A stretch of 64,000 bases of DNA. It comes from Betaproteobacteria bacterium. Lineage in GTDB: Bacteria; Pseudomonadota; Gammaproteobacteria; Burkholderiales; Burkholderiaceae_C. The notes below the pieces were generated by a model. It ran no database searches and was not told the origin of the DNA. It was given only the letters and a program-made list of their open reading frames with translations. This document shows positions 46,575 to 57,951 of this stretch, in pieces; within the stretch, counting starts at the first letter, position 1; each line of letters opens with the position of its first letter. The DNA is taken from NCBI GenBank assembly GCA_031403955.1, contig JANNGR010000583.1, positions 3,865 to 67,864 of the forward strand, written 5' to 3'. The position numbers were made by a program, and so were the translations under genes.

Positions 46575-49475
46575 ATGAATGAACCTGCCAGACTGGCTGA
46601 AGTAACGCTGCCGACAGTCGAGTTCCAGCTCGACAAGCAGACCATACATGCGTTTGAGGGTGAAACCATCCTGAAGGCCGCCCGGCGCCATGGGGTGGAG
46701 ATTCCCACTCTGTGTTACCAGGACGGTTACCGCGCTGACGGCAACTGTCGTGCCTGCGTCGTCGAGATAAAGGGCGAGCGCATATTGGCGCCGAGCTGCT
46801 GCCGCACCGCGACCGCGGGCATGCAGGTGCAGGCCAGCAGCGAACGCGCCGTGAAGAGCCAGCAGATGGTGCTGGAGATGTTGTTGTCGGACATGCCAGA
46901 CGTAGGCTACAAGTGGAACGATGGCGCTGCTGACGCACCAGGCGATGCCGGCCAGCACGGTGAACTCAGTCAATGGGCCGCGCGCATGCAGGTCACGGTG
47001 CGCCCGGCACTCAAGGTCTTGCGGCGCGAACAACCCCAAGCCGATCTGTCGCACCCGGCGATGGCGGTCAATCTGGACGCCTGCATCCAGTGCAAGCGCT
47101 GCGTGCGTGCCTGCCGTGAAGAGCAGGTAAACGACGTAATTGGTTACGCCATGCGCGGCTCGCACAGCGAAATCGTGTTCGACCTGGGCGACCCGATGGG
47201 CGACAGCAGTTGCGTGGCGTGTGGTGAATGTGTGCAGGCCTGTCCCACCGGCGCCCTAATGCCCAAAACCCAGATCGGCTCGCAGGTGGTGGACAAAAAG
47301 GTCGACTCGGTATGCCCGTTTTGCGGCGTTGGTTGCCTGCTGACCTACAACGTCAAAGACAACCGAATCATCAGTGTCGATGGGCGCGACGGACCTGCCA
47401 ACCACAAACGTTTGTGCGTCAAGGGCCGTTATGGTTTTGACTATGCGCACCACGATCAGCGCCTGACGCAACCGCTGATTCGCATCGCGGGCGTTCCCAA
47501 GGACCCGGCCGTGGCGCCCAATCCGGCCGATTGGCGCGCGGTGTTTCGTGAGGCCTCGTGGGAAGAGGCGCTCGATCTGACGGCCGGCAAGCTGAAGGGC
47601 CTGCGCGACAGACACGGCAAGAAGTCTTTGGCGGGGTTCGGTTCGGCCAAGGGCAGCAACGAGGAAGCCTACCTGTTCCAGAAACTGGTGCGTACCGGCT
47701 TTGGGTCGAACAACGTGGACCACTGCACCCGCTTGTGCCATGCCTCCAGCGTGGCCGCACTGCTCGAAGGCGTGGGTTCTGGCGCGGTCAGCAACCAGGT
47801 CAACGACGTTGAACATGCCGGGCTGATACTGGTGATTGGCTCCAACCCTACGTCCAACCACCCGGTGGCCGCGACCTTCATGAAGAACGCCGCCAAAAAG
47901 GGGGTGCGGATCGTGCTGGCCGACCCGCGTCTGACCGACCTTGGCAAATACGCCTGGCGCACGCTGCAGTTCAAGGCCGATACCGATGTGGCGATGCTAA
48001 ACGCGCTGATCCATGCCGTGATCGACGAAGGGCTGGTGGACGAGGAATTTGTTCGTACCCGGGCCAGCAATTTTGAGGCCCTGAAAGACAACGTCAAGGG
48101 CTACAGCCCGGAAGCCATGGCGCCGATTTGCGGCATCGACGCGCGCACGCTGCGCGAAGTGGCGCGGGAGTTCGCGCGACCCGCAGGGTCAGTGCCCGGC
48201 GCCGTCAAGGGCTCAATGATCTTGTGGGGCATGGGCATCAGCCAGCATGTGCACGGCACCGACAATGCGCGCTGCCTGATCGCGTTGGCCACGGTTACCG
48301 GCCAGATCGGCAAACCAGGCTCCGGGCTGCACCCGTTGCGGGGTCAAAACAATGTGCAGGGCGCGAGCGACGCGGGCCTGATTCCGATGATGTTCCCCAA
48401 CTACCAGCGGGTCACCGACAGCGGCGCGCACCATTGGTTCGAGAAATTCTGGAACACCTCCCTGGACGACCAGCCGGGTTACACGGTGGTCGAAATCATG
48501 CACAAGGCGCTGGCACCGGACAGCGACCCGCACAAGGTGCGCGGCATGTACATCATGGGTGAAAACCCGGCCATGAGCGACCCCGATCTGAACCACGCGC
48601 GCCACGCGCTGGCCTCGCTGGAGCACCTGGTGGTGCAGGACATTTTCATGACCGAAACCGCCTGGCTGGCCGACGTGGTGCTGCCGGCCACGGCCTGGCC
48701 GGAAAAGACCGGTACCGTGAGTAATACCGATCGCATGGTGCAGTTGGGGCTGCAGGCGATCGACCCACCACGGGATGCCAAACCCGATTTGTGGATCATC
48801 CAGCAAATCGCAAAACGAATCGGCCTGCCTTGGAACTACCAGGGCGAACACTGTGGTGTCGCCGAGGTTTATGAAGAAATGCGCCAGGCCATGCACACCG
48901 CTATCGCGGGCATCACCTGGGAGCGGCTGCAGCGTGAATCGAGCGTGACTTACCCGTGTCTGAGCGCCGATGATCCGGGTGCGCCCACGGTGTTCATCGA
49001 CAGTTTCCCGACCGAAGATGGACGTGTGCAACTGGTGCCGGCCGACATAATCCCCGCCGATGAGCGGCCCGATGCCGAGTTTCCTTTTGTGCTGATAACC
49101 GGGCGTCAGCTGGAACACTGGCATACCGGCAGCATGTCGCGCCGTGCCAGCGTGCTCGACGCGATCGAGCCGATGGCCACCGCTTCATTGTGTGGTGCCG
49201 ACCTGCTGAGCCTGGGGCTGGAGCCAGGCGACGTTATCACGGTGCAGTCGCGCCGCGGTCAAGTGGCTATCCATGTGCGGCGCGACGACGGCACGCCGCC
49301 TGGCGCGGTGTTTATCCCGTTTGCGTATTACGAAGCGGCCGCCAACCTGATGACCAATGCCGCGCTCGACCCGGTCGGCAAGATTCCCGAATTCAAATAT
49401 TGCGCGGTAGCGATTCGTCGCGGTGGCGCATTGCAGAGCGTGGCGGGCTACGGCACGGGTGCCGAGGGGCCGTGA
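46575..49475 (+). CDS. Formate dehydrogenase alpha subunit (Mo/W-bisPGD, Cys ligand)
   Basis: N-terminal 2Fe-2S, two ferredoxin motifs, 'CPFCGVGC', 'NNVDHCTRLCH', 'LRGQNNVQG', 'GKIPEFKYCAV'. Confidence 0.95.
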   Translation: MNEPARLAEVTLPTVEFQLDKQTIHAFEGETILKAARRHGVEIPTLCYQDGYRADGNCRACVVEIKGERILAPSCCRTATAGMQVQASSERAVKSQQMVLEMLLSDMPDVGYKWNDGAADAPGDAGQHGELSQWAARMQVTVRPALKVLRREQPQADLSHPAMAVNLDACIQCKRCVRACREEQVNDVIGYAMRGSHSEIVFDLGDPMGDSSCVACGECVQACPTGALMPKTQIGSQVVDKKVDSVCPFCGVGCLLTYNVKDNRIISVDGRDGPANHKRLCVKGRYGFDYAHHDQRLTQPLIRIAGVPKDPAVAPNPADWRAVFREASWEEALDLTAGKLKGLRDRHGKKSLAGFGSAKGSNEEAYLFQKLVRTGFGSNNVDHCTRLCHASSVAALLEGVGSGAVSNQVNDVEHAGLILVIGSNPTSNHPVAATFMKNAAKKGVRIVLADPRLTDLGKYAWRTLQFKADTDVAMLNALIHAVIDEGLVDEEFVRTRASNFEALKDNVKGYSPEAMAPICGIDARTLREVAREFARPAGSVPGAVKGSMILWGMGISQHVHGTDNARCLIALATVTGQIGKPGSGLHPLRGQNNVQGASDAGLIPMMFPNYQRVTDSGAHHWFEKFWNTSLDDQPGYTVVEIMHKALAPDSDPHKVRGMYIMGENPAMSDPDLNHARHALASLEHLVVQDIFMTETAWLADVVLPATAWPEKTGTVSNTDRMVQLGLQAIDPPRDAKPDLWIIQQIAKRIGLPWNYQGEHCGVAEVYEEMRQAMHTAIAGITWERLQRESSVTYPCLSADDPGAPTVFIDSFPTEDGRVQLVPADIIPADERPDAEFPFVLITGRQLEHWHTGSMSRRASVLDAIEPMATASLCGADLLSLGLEPGDVITVQSRRGQVAIHVRRDDGTPPGAVFIPFAYYEAAANLMTNAALDPVGKIPEFKYCAVAIRRGGALQSVAGYGTGAEGP

Positions 49476-49507
49476 TCGGCTGGTCATTTTTGTTGTAGGC
49501 TCCAGCC

Positions 49508-50365
49508 ATGCCCGGTTCAACATTACCCAGCCTGACGCAGGCCCAGGCGCCGTTGACTTGCGAAATCGGCACCGTCAACGAATACGGCGAGCAACGCAGA
49601 GTTGCCATTCCGGCCGAACGCGCGCTGACGTTGTATGTCGACCGGCGCGAACTGGTGACACTCATGACGTTGGGCGCGCAACCTGAACTCTTGGTGCTCG
49701 GCTACCTGCGCAACCAGCGGTTGGTCAACGCGGTGCACGAGATCGAATCCATCACCGTCGATTGGGACGCCGGTGCGGCTGCTGTCAAGACCCGTCACGG
49801 CATTGCCGATATCGAGTCCAAGACGATGAGCCGCGTCGTCACTACCGGCTGCGGCCAGGGTAGTGTGTTTGGTGACTGGATGGGAGACATCGACAGTCTG
49901 GCGTTGCCGCCGGCCAAACTGATGCAGTTGCAGCTTTATGGCATCGTGAATGCGATCCGCTTGCGCGACAGCATCTATAAATCGGCCGGGTCAGTGCATG
50001 CCTGTGCATTGTTTCGCGGTGAAGAAATGCTGATTTTTGTCGAAGACGTGGGCCGCCACAACGCCATCGATACGATTGCCGGCTGGATGTGGATGCAGGA
50101 TGCCCAAACCCTGGAAGGGCGTGACAAGGTGTTTTACACCACTGGACGTCTGACCAGTGAAATGGTCATCAAATCCTCGCAGATGGGTGTGCCGATCGTG
50201 GTCTCGCGCAGCGGTATCACCCAAATGGGCCATGCGGTGGCGCAGCGCCTTGGCTTGTGTGCCATTGGCCGCGCCACCAACAAGCGTTTCCTCTGCTACA
50301 GCGGGGCAGACCGACTGATCTTGCAGCCCGATCTGGCCGGCGCCAGGCTGCGTGCCGTAGCTTGA
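49508..50365 (+). CDS. fdhD: Formate dehydrogenase accessory sulfurtransferase
   Basis: 'TTGCG', 'GSVHACALF', 'EDVGRHNAIDTIAG', 'TGRLTSEMV.K'. Confidence 0.93.
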   Translation: MPGSTLPSLTQAQAPLTCEIGTVNEYGEQRRVAIPAERALTLYVDRRELVTLMTLGAQPELLVLGYLRNQRLVNAVHEIESITVDWDAGAAAVKTRHGIADIESKTMSRVVTTGCGQGSVFGDWMGDIDSLALPPAKLMQLQLYGIVNAIRLRDSIYKSAGSVHACALFRGEEMLIFVEDVGRHNAIDTIAGWMWMQDAQTLEGRDKVFYTTGRLTSEMVIKSSQMGVPIVVSRSGITQMGHAVAQRLGLCAIGRATNKRFLCYSGADRLILQPDLAGARLRAVA

Positions 50366-50413
50366 GGCTTCGCCCATTACCCGTTCTTCGGTCAGATGTA
50401 CTAAGGTAGCAGC

Positions 50414-52936
50414 ATGAACGCTTCTTTTTGGCGCCTTGGCTGGCGCACCCTTTGGCGCGACTTGCGCTCGGGCGAATTGCGACTGCTGATCGTCGCCGTG
50501 ACGCTGGCGGTGGCGGCCCTAACCGCGGTAGGATTTTTCGCCGACCGCTTGAAGGGCGGCTTGCAACGTGATGCGCGCCAACTGCTTGGTGGCGACGCGG
50601 TGGTGTCGAGCGACAAACCAACGCCGCAGGCCTTTATCGACAAAGCGCGGTCGCTGCGTTTGCAGATGTCGACCACGCTCGGATTTCCCACTATGGGACG
50701 CGCCAGCGAAGGCCAGGGCGGCGCCAGCAAGCTGGTGGCGCTAAAAGTCGTGCAGGCCGGTTATCCGTTGCGCGGGCGCCTGACGGTGGCTGCTATGCCG
50801 GATACACCAGGTCAGACCACGCGCGAGGTTCCCGCAAGCGGCGAAGTGTGGGTGGAGGCGGCACTGCTCGAAGCGCTGAATCTGAATATGGGCGACCCGT
50901 TGCTGCTCGGTGACGCCAGACTGAAAGTCAGCCGTATCATCCTGATCGAACCCGACCGGGGCGGTGGCTTCATGAACTTTGCGCCTCGCGTGATGCTCAA
51001 CCAGGCTGACCTGGACGCAACCCGGTTGGTGCAGCCGGCCAGCCGCCTGACCTACCGCTTCGCGGTTGCGGGTGAAGACGCGCAGGTCAAACTGTTTGCG
51101 CAATGGGCGGCGTTACAGGCCGAAAAGCCCGAGGTGCGCGGCTTGCGGGTGGAGTCGCTGGACAGCGGGCGGCCCGAAATGCGCCAGACCATGGACCGGG
51201 CGGAGAAATTCCTAAATCTGGTAGCGCTGCTGGCGGCCATGCTAAGCGCCGTAGCGGTGGCGCTGGCGGCGCGCGGATTTGCCGCCAACCACCTAGATGA
51301 CTGCGCGATGTTGCGCGTGTTGGGTCTGAGCCAGCGCACCATCGCGCTCAGTTACACGCTGGAGTTTGCCTTGATTGGCGTGGCTGCCAGCGCATTGGGC
51401 GTGGCCATTGGTTATGCCGTGCATTATGCGTTTGTGGTGTTGCTGGCCGGTTTGGTCGAGGCCACGCTGCCGGCGGCAAGTTTGTGGCCGGTGGCATTTG
51501 GCCTGGGTATGGGCGTGACGCTGCTGTGTGCGTTTGGGTTGCCGCCGGTGCTGCAACTGGCGCAGGTGCCGCCGTTGCGGGTGATCCGGCGCGACGTAGG
51601 CAACCTAAAGCCGGCATCCATGGCGGTGTTGGGCATCGGTGTGGCGGGTTTTGCCGCGCTGCTGCTGGCCGCCAGCAGCGATCTGACGCTGGGGCTGATC
51701 GCGGTGGGTGGGTTTGCGGGCGCGGTGTTGCTGTTTGCGGCCATGAGTTGGCTGGCTGTGAAACTGCTGCGGCGCAGTGTCAATGAATCCACCGCGCCGC
51801 GCTGGCTGGTGTTGGCCACGCGCCAGATCTCGGCGCGCCCGGCGTATGCCGTGGTGCAGGTGAGTGCGTTGGCGGTGGGATTGCTGGCGCTGGTGTTGCT
51901 GGTGTTATTGCGCACCGACTTGATCAGCAGTTGGCGCCAGGCGACGCCGGCCGGCGCGCCAAACCGCTTCGTGATCAATGTCATGCCGGAGCAGGGCGAG
52001 GCGTTCCAGCAGACCTTGCGTAACGCCGGGGTAAAAAACTACGACTGGTTTCCGATGATTCGCGGGCGGCTGGTGGCGGTCAACGGCAAGACCATGACGC
52101 CGGACGATTTCGCCGACCGGCGCGCCAAAGGCATGGTCGACCGGGAGTTCAATTTGTCCCACACCGCTACCAAGCCGCAACATAACGAGGTGATTGCCGG
52201 CCGATGGACCGCCGAAGAGGTGGGCGCCATCAGCGTCGAGGAAAGTATCGTCACCACGCTGAACGTTAAGATGGGCGACTGGTTGCGGTTCGACATCGGC
52301 GGGCTGCCGGTGGAAGCCAGGATTACCTCGGTGCGCAAAGTGGACTGGGGCTCGATGCGGGCGAACTTTTACGTTATCTACCCGGTCAGCCAGATGGCCG
52401 ATGTGCCAAGCACTTTCATGACGGCGTTCAAGGCGCCGCCGACCAAAGGTTTCGATAACGCGCTGGTGCGCGATTTCCCCAACATCACCAGCGTGGATGT
52501 GAGCGCCACACTGTCTCAAATTCAGCGCGTGCTGGACCAGGTGATCCGCGCTGTTGAGTTCCTGTTTGGCTTCACGCTTGCGGCCGGCTTGGTGGTGCTG
52601 TTCGCGGCCATCACCGCCACGCGCGAGGAGCGCGCGCGCGAGTTTGCGATCATGCGGGCGGTGGGCGCGCAGGGCAAGTTGTTGCGCCAGGTGCAGCGGG
52701 CCGAATTGGCCGGCGTTGGCCTGCTGGCGGGCTTGCTGGCCAGCGTGGTGGCGATTATTGTCGGTTGGGGGCTGGCGAAATTCGTGTTTGGTTTTGAGTG
52801 GACGGCGTCGCCCCTGGTGCCGCTGGCAGGTGCCGTGACCGGTGCGTTACTGGCCATGGCCGCCGGCTGGTGGGGTCTGCGTGACGTATTGCGCCGCCCA
52901 GTGATCGAGACGCTGCGCAGAGCGCCACAAAACTAA
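50414..52936 (+). CDS. YbbP-like ABC transporter permease (double FtsX)
   Basis: 'WRDLRSGEL', 'LLGGDAVV', 'APNRFVIN', 'VDREFNLS', 'RKVDWGSMRANF'. Confidence 0.88.
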   Translation: MNASFWRLGWRTLWRDLRSGELRLLIVAVTLAVAALTAVGFFADRLKGGLQRDARQLLGGDAVVSSDKPTPQAFIDKARSLRLQMSTTLGFPTMGRASEGQGGASKLVALKVVQAGYPLRGRLTVAAMPDTPGQTTREVPASGEVWVEAALLEALNLNMGDPLLLGDARLKVSRIILIEPDRGGGFMNFAPRVMLNQADLDATRLVQPASRLTYRFAVAGEDAQVKLFAQWAALQAEKPEVRGLRVESLDSGRPEMRQTMDRAEKFLNLVALLAAMLSAVAVALAARGFAANHLDDCAMLRVLGLSQRTIALSYTLEFALIGVAASALGVAIGYAVHYAFVVLLAGLVEATLPAASLWPVAFGLGMGVTLLCAFGLPPVLQLAQVPPLRVIRRDVGNLKPASMAVLGIGVAGFAALLLAASSDLTLGLIAVGGFAGAVLLFAAMSWLAVKLLRRSVNESTAPRWLVLATRQISARPAYAVVQVSALAVGLLALVLLVLLRTDLISSWRQATPAGAPNRFVINVMPEQGEAFQQTLRNAGVKNYDWFPMIRGRLVAVNGKTMTPDDFADRRAKGMVDREFNLSHTATKPQHNEVIAGRWTAEEVGAISVEESIVTTLNVKMGDWLRFDIGGLPVEARITSVRKVDWGSMRANFYVIYPVSQMADVPSTFMTAFKAPPTKGFDNALVRDFPNITSVDVSATLSQIQRVLDQVIRAVEFLFGFTLAAGLVVLFAAITATREERAREFAIMRAVGAQGKLLRQVQRAELAGVGLLAGLLASVVAIIVGWGLAKFVFGFEWTASPLVPLAGAVTGALLAMAAGWWGLRDVLRRPVIETLRRAPQN

Positions 52937-52949
52937 GAACTTGGAGAAC

Positions 52950-53026
52950 TTGGGGTCAGATCCCGATTCCGGACGGTTGCTCGCCTAAGCGACACTAACC
53001 CGTACGGAATCGGGCTCTGACCCCAA
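52950..53026. repeat. 77-bp REP/MITE-like hairpin element
   Basis: TTGGGGTCAGATCCCGATTCCG...CGGAATCGGGCTCTGACCCCAA: 22-bp inverted repeat with one mismatch and an internal TCGC/GCGA hairpin. Confidence 0.8.
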
Positions 53027-53062
53027 CAAATTAGATCCCTGCGCGGCGGACCGCCCGCTCGG

Positions 53063-53467
53063 CTACTCCAGGTCTTCAATCACCAGGAACCGGTATTTCT
53101 CGGCGATCGAAAAGGGCACCGTGCGAACCACTTCCATGACATGTTCCGAGTGCTCAGCGGAACCGGCGCGAATCATCAGCGCGCAATGGCCCTCGAGCGC
53201 CAGCGCCCGGTATTTCATCACCGTCGCGCTCTCGGTTCCCACGGAAGGTACGGTGTCGCCATGGTGGAGCGCGGTTGGAACGATCTGTGCCAGTATGACT
53301 TCGGCTGTCAGCAACATCACATCGTCCCCACCGATGTTGCGCGCCAGCAACCCGCGCTCGACCTTGCTGGCGTCTTCCAGGCTTGGCAGCATCACGAACA
53401 GGAATCCGGTCGGATAAAACTCGCCACGCATCGTCAGCATGCGGGACGCAAGTGCGAAATCTTTCAT
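53063..53467 (-). CDS. Conserved hypothetical protein
   Basis: Coherent ORF 'MKDFALASRMLTMRGEFYPTG...KYRFLVIEDL' with an AGAGG RBS-like element upstream. Confidence 0.7.
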   Translation of the reverse strand: MKDFALASRMLTMRGEFYPTGFLFVMLPSLEDASKVERGLLARNIGGDDVMLLTAEVILAQIVPTALHHGDTVPSVGTESATVMKYRALALEGHCALMIRAGSAEHSEHVMEVVRTVPFSIAEKYRFLVIEDLE

Positions 53468-53522
53468 AGTTGATCCTCTTGTTGGCTTGCGCAACCATTA
53501 GAACAAATCCGCCCGCGCCCGG

Positions 53523-54149
53523 TCAAGTTGTTACCGGTTTGAGCAATACCACCAGCGCCCCCGCGCCGCCATCGGCCGGCCTGGCCTGAACAAACGCCAG
53601 CACCTCGTTTTTTTGCACCAACCAGCCATGCACTTTTTTCTTCAGCACCGGAGCCTTGCCGGGCGAGCCCAGGCCTTTGCCATGAATGACACGCACGCAG
53701 CGGATGCCGAGTTGGCATGCTTCGCGGATGAAACGGCCCAGCGCCTGGCGCGCGTCGTCGCTGCGCAGCCCATGCAGATCCAGTTGGCGCTGGATGCTCC
53801 AGTGGCCCTTGCGCAGCTTGGATGTCACGTCGCTACCGATACCGGGGCGCCGGAAACTCAATTGGTCATCAATGTCGAGCAAGGTGTCGACGTCGAACTG
53901 GTCGCTGATGGCCTCACGTAATACAGCAAGTTCGTCGCGCAGGTGTTGCCGCGGCACCGGCTCCGGTGGCACTTTGGGTAACTGGGCCCGGCCGTGGTCC
54001 GGCAACACATGTACCGCGCCAGCGGCGCGGACAAAAAGTTCCTTCGCGCTGGTGCTGCGTTTGGGCGCCTGGGCAAGTTTGGCCAGGGCCAACGCCTGTT
54101 GCCGCGCATGGGCGTCGATGGCCAGTTTGACTACCCCGAGGTCCGCCAT
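53523..54149 (-). CDS. Smr/MutS2 domain protein
   Basis: 'LDLHGL', 'VRVIHGKG.GS', 'LKKKV..WL', 'DGGAGALVVLL'; start uncertain. Confidence 0.88.
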   Translation of the reverse strand: MADLGVVKLAIDAHARQQALALAKLAQAPKRSTSAKELFVRAAGAVHVLPDHGRAQLPKVPPEPVPRQHLRDELAVLREAISDQFDVDTLLDIDDQLSFRRPGIGSDVTSKLRKGHWSIQRQLDLHGLRSDDARQALGRFIREACQLGIRCVRVIHGKGLGSPGKAPVLKKKVHGWLVQKNEVLAFVQARPADGGAGALVVLLKPVTT

Positions 54150-54175
54150 GGAACGTACCCGTGGGGCGCCGGACT

Positions 54176-54877
54176 TCACACTAATCCCCGTTCGGCCATC
54201 GACAGGGTCTCGCCGGCACCGACAATTATGTGGTCCAGCACCCGCACATCGACCAGCGCCAGCGCGGCCTTCAGGGTTTGTGTCAACGCCTCGTCGGCGC
54301 GCGATGGTTGCACCGAACCACTTGGATGGTTGTGCGCCAGCACCACCGCCGCGCATTGGTGGTGCAGGGCGCGCAGCACCACTTCACGCGGGTAAACGCT
54401 GGTTTGCGTCAAGGTGCCTCGAAACAGCTCTTCCATCGCCAGCAGGCGGTTTTGCACATCCACGAACAACACCGCAAATACTTCGTGCGGTTTGGACGCC
54501 AGGTGCAATTGAAGGTATTGCTTGACCGCCCCGGGCGAGGCGAACACTTCACGTTGACGCAGTTGTTGCGCCAGCGCGCGGCGTGCCAGTTCGAGCACCG
54601 CGATCAGTTCCGAGCGTTTGGCCGGCCCCAGGCCTTTTACCCGGTCAAGGTCGTCGGCGGTCGCGTTGAGCAGGCCCGCGATTCCGTCAAACCCCGGTCT
54701 GCCGTCGCCATTCGTTTTGAGTTGCAGCAACTCGTCTGCCATCTGCAGCACGCCTTTGCCCTTGGTACCGGTGCGCAGCAACAAGGCCAGCAACTCGGCG
54801 TCGCTCAAGGCGCCAGCGCCACGTGCAAGCAACTTTTCGCGCGGGCGTGAGTCTGGGGGAAGGTCTTTGAAGGGCAT
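54176..54877 (-). CDS. radC: RadC-family JAB domain protein
   Basis: 'RPREKLL..G...[11 protein letters not shown]', 'HNHPSG...PS.AD', 'VLDHIIV'. Confidence 0.94.
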   Translation of the reverse strand: MPFKDLPPDSRPREKLLARGAGALSDAELLALLLRTGTKGKGVLQMADELLQLKTNGDGRPGFDGIAGLLNATADDLDRVKGLGPAKRSELIAVLELARRALAQQLRQREVFASPGAVKQYLQLHLASKPHEVFAVLFVDVQNRLLAMEELFRGTLTQTSVYPREVVLRALHHQCAAVVLAHNHPSGSVQPSRADEALTQTLKAALALVDVRVLDHIIVGAGETLSMAERGLV

Positions 54878-54949
54878 GGGGGATTGGGCAGCAGGCGCGG
54901 TTCGAATCCAGCCGGCTTTCTACAATACAGGCAGTTTATCGAGAGTTTC

Positions 54950-55414
54950 ATGTCTTCCACCCTACCCACCGTCGAGCCGGGCTCATTTCTCACCCTGCAC
55001 TACCGGCTCGGGGGGCCGCACGGGGACATCATCAATACCTTTGGCGACAGACCCGCCACCTTGTCGCTGGGCACCGGTGAGTTGTCACCTGCGGTCGAAA
55101 AATGCCTGCTCGGAATGCCGGAAGGCAGCCGCGCCATATTCGATTTGCCCGCCGGCGCTGCGTTTGGCGAACGTAAGGAAGACATGCTGCAGTGGGTTGC
55201 GCGCAAGCTGCTGGACCGGATGGGTGACCCGGCCCAGAGCTACCGTGTTGGTGACGTGGTGCGGTTCCCTACGCCTGACGGGCAGGGCAGTTACGCCGGG
55301 TCCGTGCTGCGCGCCAGTACCGATGACGGCCATGGAGCGGTGTTGTTCGACTTCAACCATCCCTTGGCTGGCCAGCCAGTGGCGTTCGAAGTGTACGTAA
55401 TAGGTGTCTTATGA
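54950..55414 (+). CDS. FKBP-type peptidyl-prolyl isomerase (FkpB/SlpA-like)
   Basis: 'LTLHYRL', 'AFGER', '[10 protein letters not shown]'; ATGA overlap with ispH. Confidence 0.88.
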   Translation: MSSTLPTVEPGSFLTLHYRLGGPHGDIINTFGDRPATLSLGTGELSPAVEKCLLGMPEGSRAIFDLPAGAAFGERKEDMLQWVARKLLDRMGDPAQSYRVGDVVRFPTPDGQGSYAGSVLRASTDDGHGAVLFDFNHPLAGQPVAFEVYVIGVL

Positions 55415-56370
55415 AACCGGTCGTGCTGCCGCAGGAAATCATTCTGGCCGAACCACGCGGCTTTTGTGCCGGTGTAGACCGGGCGATTGAAATTGTTGAG
55501 CGCGCGTTGCAAAAGTTTGGCGCCCCGATTTATGTGCGCCACGAGATCGTGCACAACACCTATGTGGTGAACGACCTGAAGGCCAAGGGCGCGGTCTTCA
55601 TCGAAGAACTCGATGCGGTACCGGCTGGTGCAACGCTGGTCTTCTCCGCCCACGGTGTGAGCCGCTCGGTGCATGACGACGCACGCGCGCGCGGCTTCCG
55701 GATTTTTGATGCCACCTGCCCGCTGGTAACCAAGGTCCATGTGGAAGTGGCCAAGTTGCACCAGCAGGGTTATGAGTTCATCATGATTGGCCACAAGGGC
55801 CACCCCGAAGTGGAAGGCACGATGGGGCAACTGGACAGTGGCATCCATCTGGTCGAGCAGGTGTCTGACGTGGCGCGGGTGCAGCCGTCTCAAATCGAAA
55901 AACTGGCGATGGTCACGCAAACCACGCTGAGCGTGGACGACGCGGCCGAGATCGCGGCCGCGATCAAGGCGCGTTTCCCGATGGTGCGAGAACCCAAACA
56001 GCAGGACATCTGTTACGCCACGCAAAATCGCCAGGATGCGGTGAAAATGCTGAGCCCGCAGGTGGATGTGGTGATCGTGGTTGGCAGCCCGACCAGTTCC
56101 AACAGCAACCGCCTGCGCGAATTGGCGGACAAACTCGGCACCCCCAGTTTCATGGTTGACAGCGCCGATGAAATCCAGCCGGATTGGTTTGCGGGCCTCC
56201 AGCGGGTTGGTCTGACTGCCGGCGCTTCGGCCCCGGAACTGCTGGTACGCCAGGTTGTGGACCGCATCAAGGCGCTCGGCGCGGTGTCGGTACGCACATT
56301 GCCCGGGATCGAGGAAACAGTCAAGTTTCCGTTGCCCAAGGGTTTGAAGGTCCGGGACCGGAACGATTGA
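55411..56370 (+). CDS. ispH: 4-hydroxy-3-methylbut-2-enyl diphosphate reductase
   Basis: 'PRGFCAGV', 'SAHG', 'DATCPLV', 'ICYATQNRQ', 'SSNS', 'TAGASAPE'. Confidence 0.97.
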   Translation: MKPVVLPQEIILAEPRGFCAGVDRAIEIVERALQKFGAPIYVRHEIVHNTYVVNDLKAKGAVFIEELDAVPAGATLVFSAHGVSRSVHDDARARGFRIFDATCPLVTKVHVEVAKLHQQGYEFIMIGHKGHPEVEGTMGQLDSGIHLVEQVSDVARVQPSQIEKLAMVTQTTLSVDDAAEIAAAIKARFPMVREPKQQDICYATQNRQDAVKMLSPQVDVVIVVGSPTSSNSNRLRELADKLGTPSFMVDSADEIQPDWFAGLQRVGLTAGASAPELLVRQVVDRIKALGAVSVRTLPGIEETVKFPLPKGLKVRDRND

Positions 56371-56394
56371 GTGGCGGCTGAATGGCGTCACTAA

Positions 56395-57726
<1,332 letters not shown>

Positions 57727-57861
57727 GGCGGGCCGGCGCCAGGCATTTCGATGTTGTGCAACTTAGGCCGCTAGCTACCTGGGTACAACTCTTCCATCGA
57801 TCCACGCGGACACGGCAGGCTGGTACATGCGGTGAGCTGCAACGGCGCTGTCAGAAAAACA

Positions 57862-57951
57862 GTCGGCAGCCAGTTCTTCCAGCAAGATCAGGGTGCCGGT
57901 CGAGCGGCTGTTGGGCGCATGAAAAAGCGTCACATGGCGCGAATCAGGCAT
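57862..57951 (-). pseudogene. N-terminal fragment of a glutathione S-transferase
   Basis: 'MPDSRHVTLFHAPNSRSTGTLILLEELAAD' matches the GST N-terminal strand-helix pattern; similarity is lost after about 30 codons. Confidence 0.72.

Noticed and set aside
47700-47760. Selenocysteine in FDH alpha
   Set aside because: The ligand codon is TGC (Cys) in RLCH and the ORF has no internal TGA.
54895-54915. GGTTCGAATCC tRNA T-loop motif
   Set aside because: Only two base pairs flank the loop, there is no acceptor or anticodon stem, and it lies in a 72-bp radC-FKBP spacer.
57755-57775. CTTAGGC as an integron attC core site next to the GST fragment
   Set aside because: It deviates from GTTRRRY, no matching inverse core site or attC-length palindrome was found, and there is no integrase.
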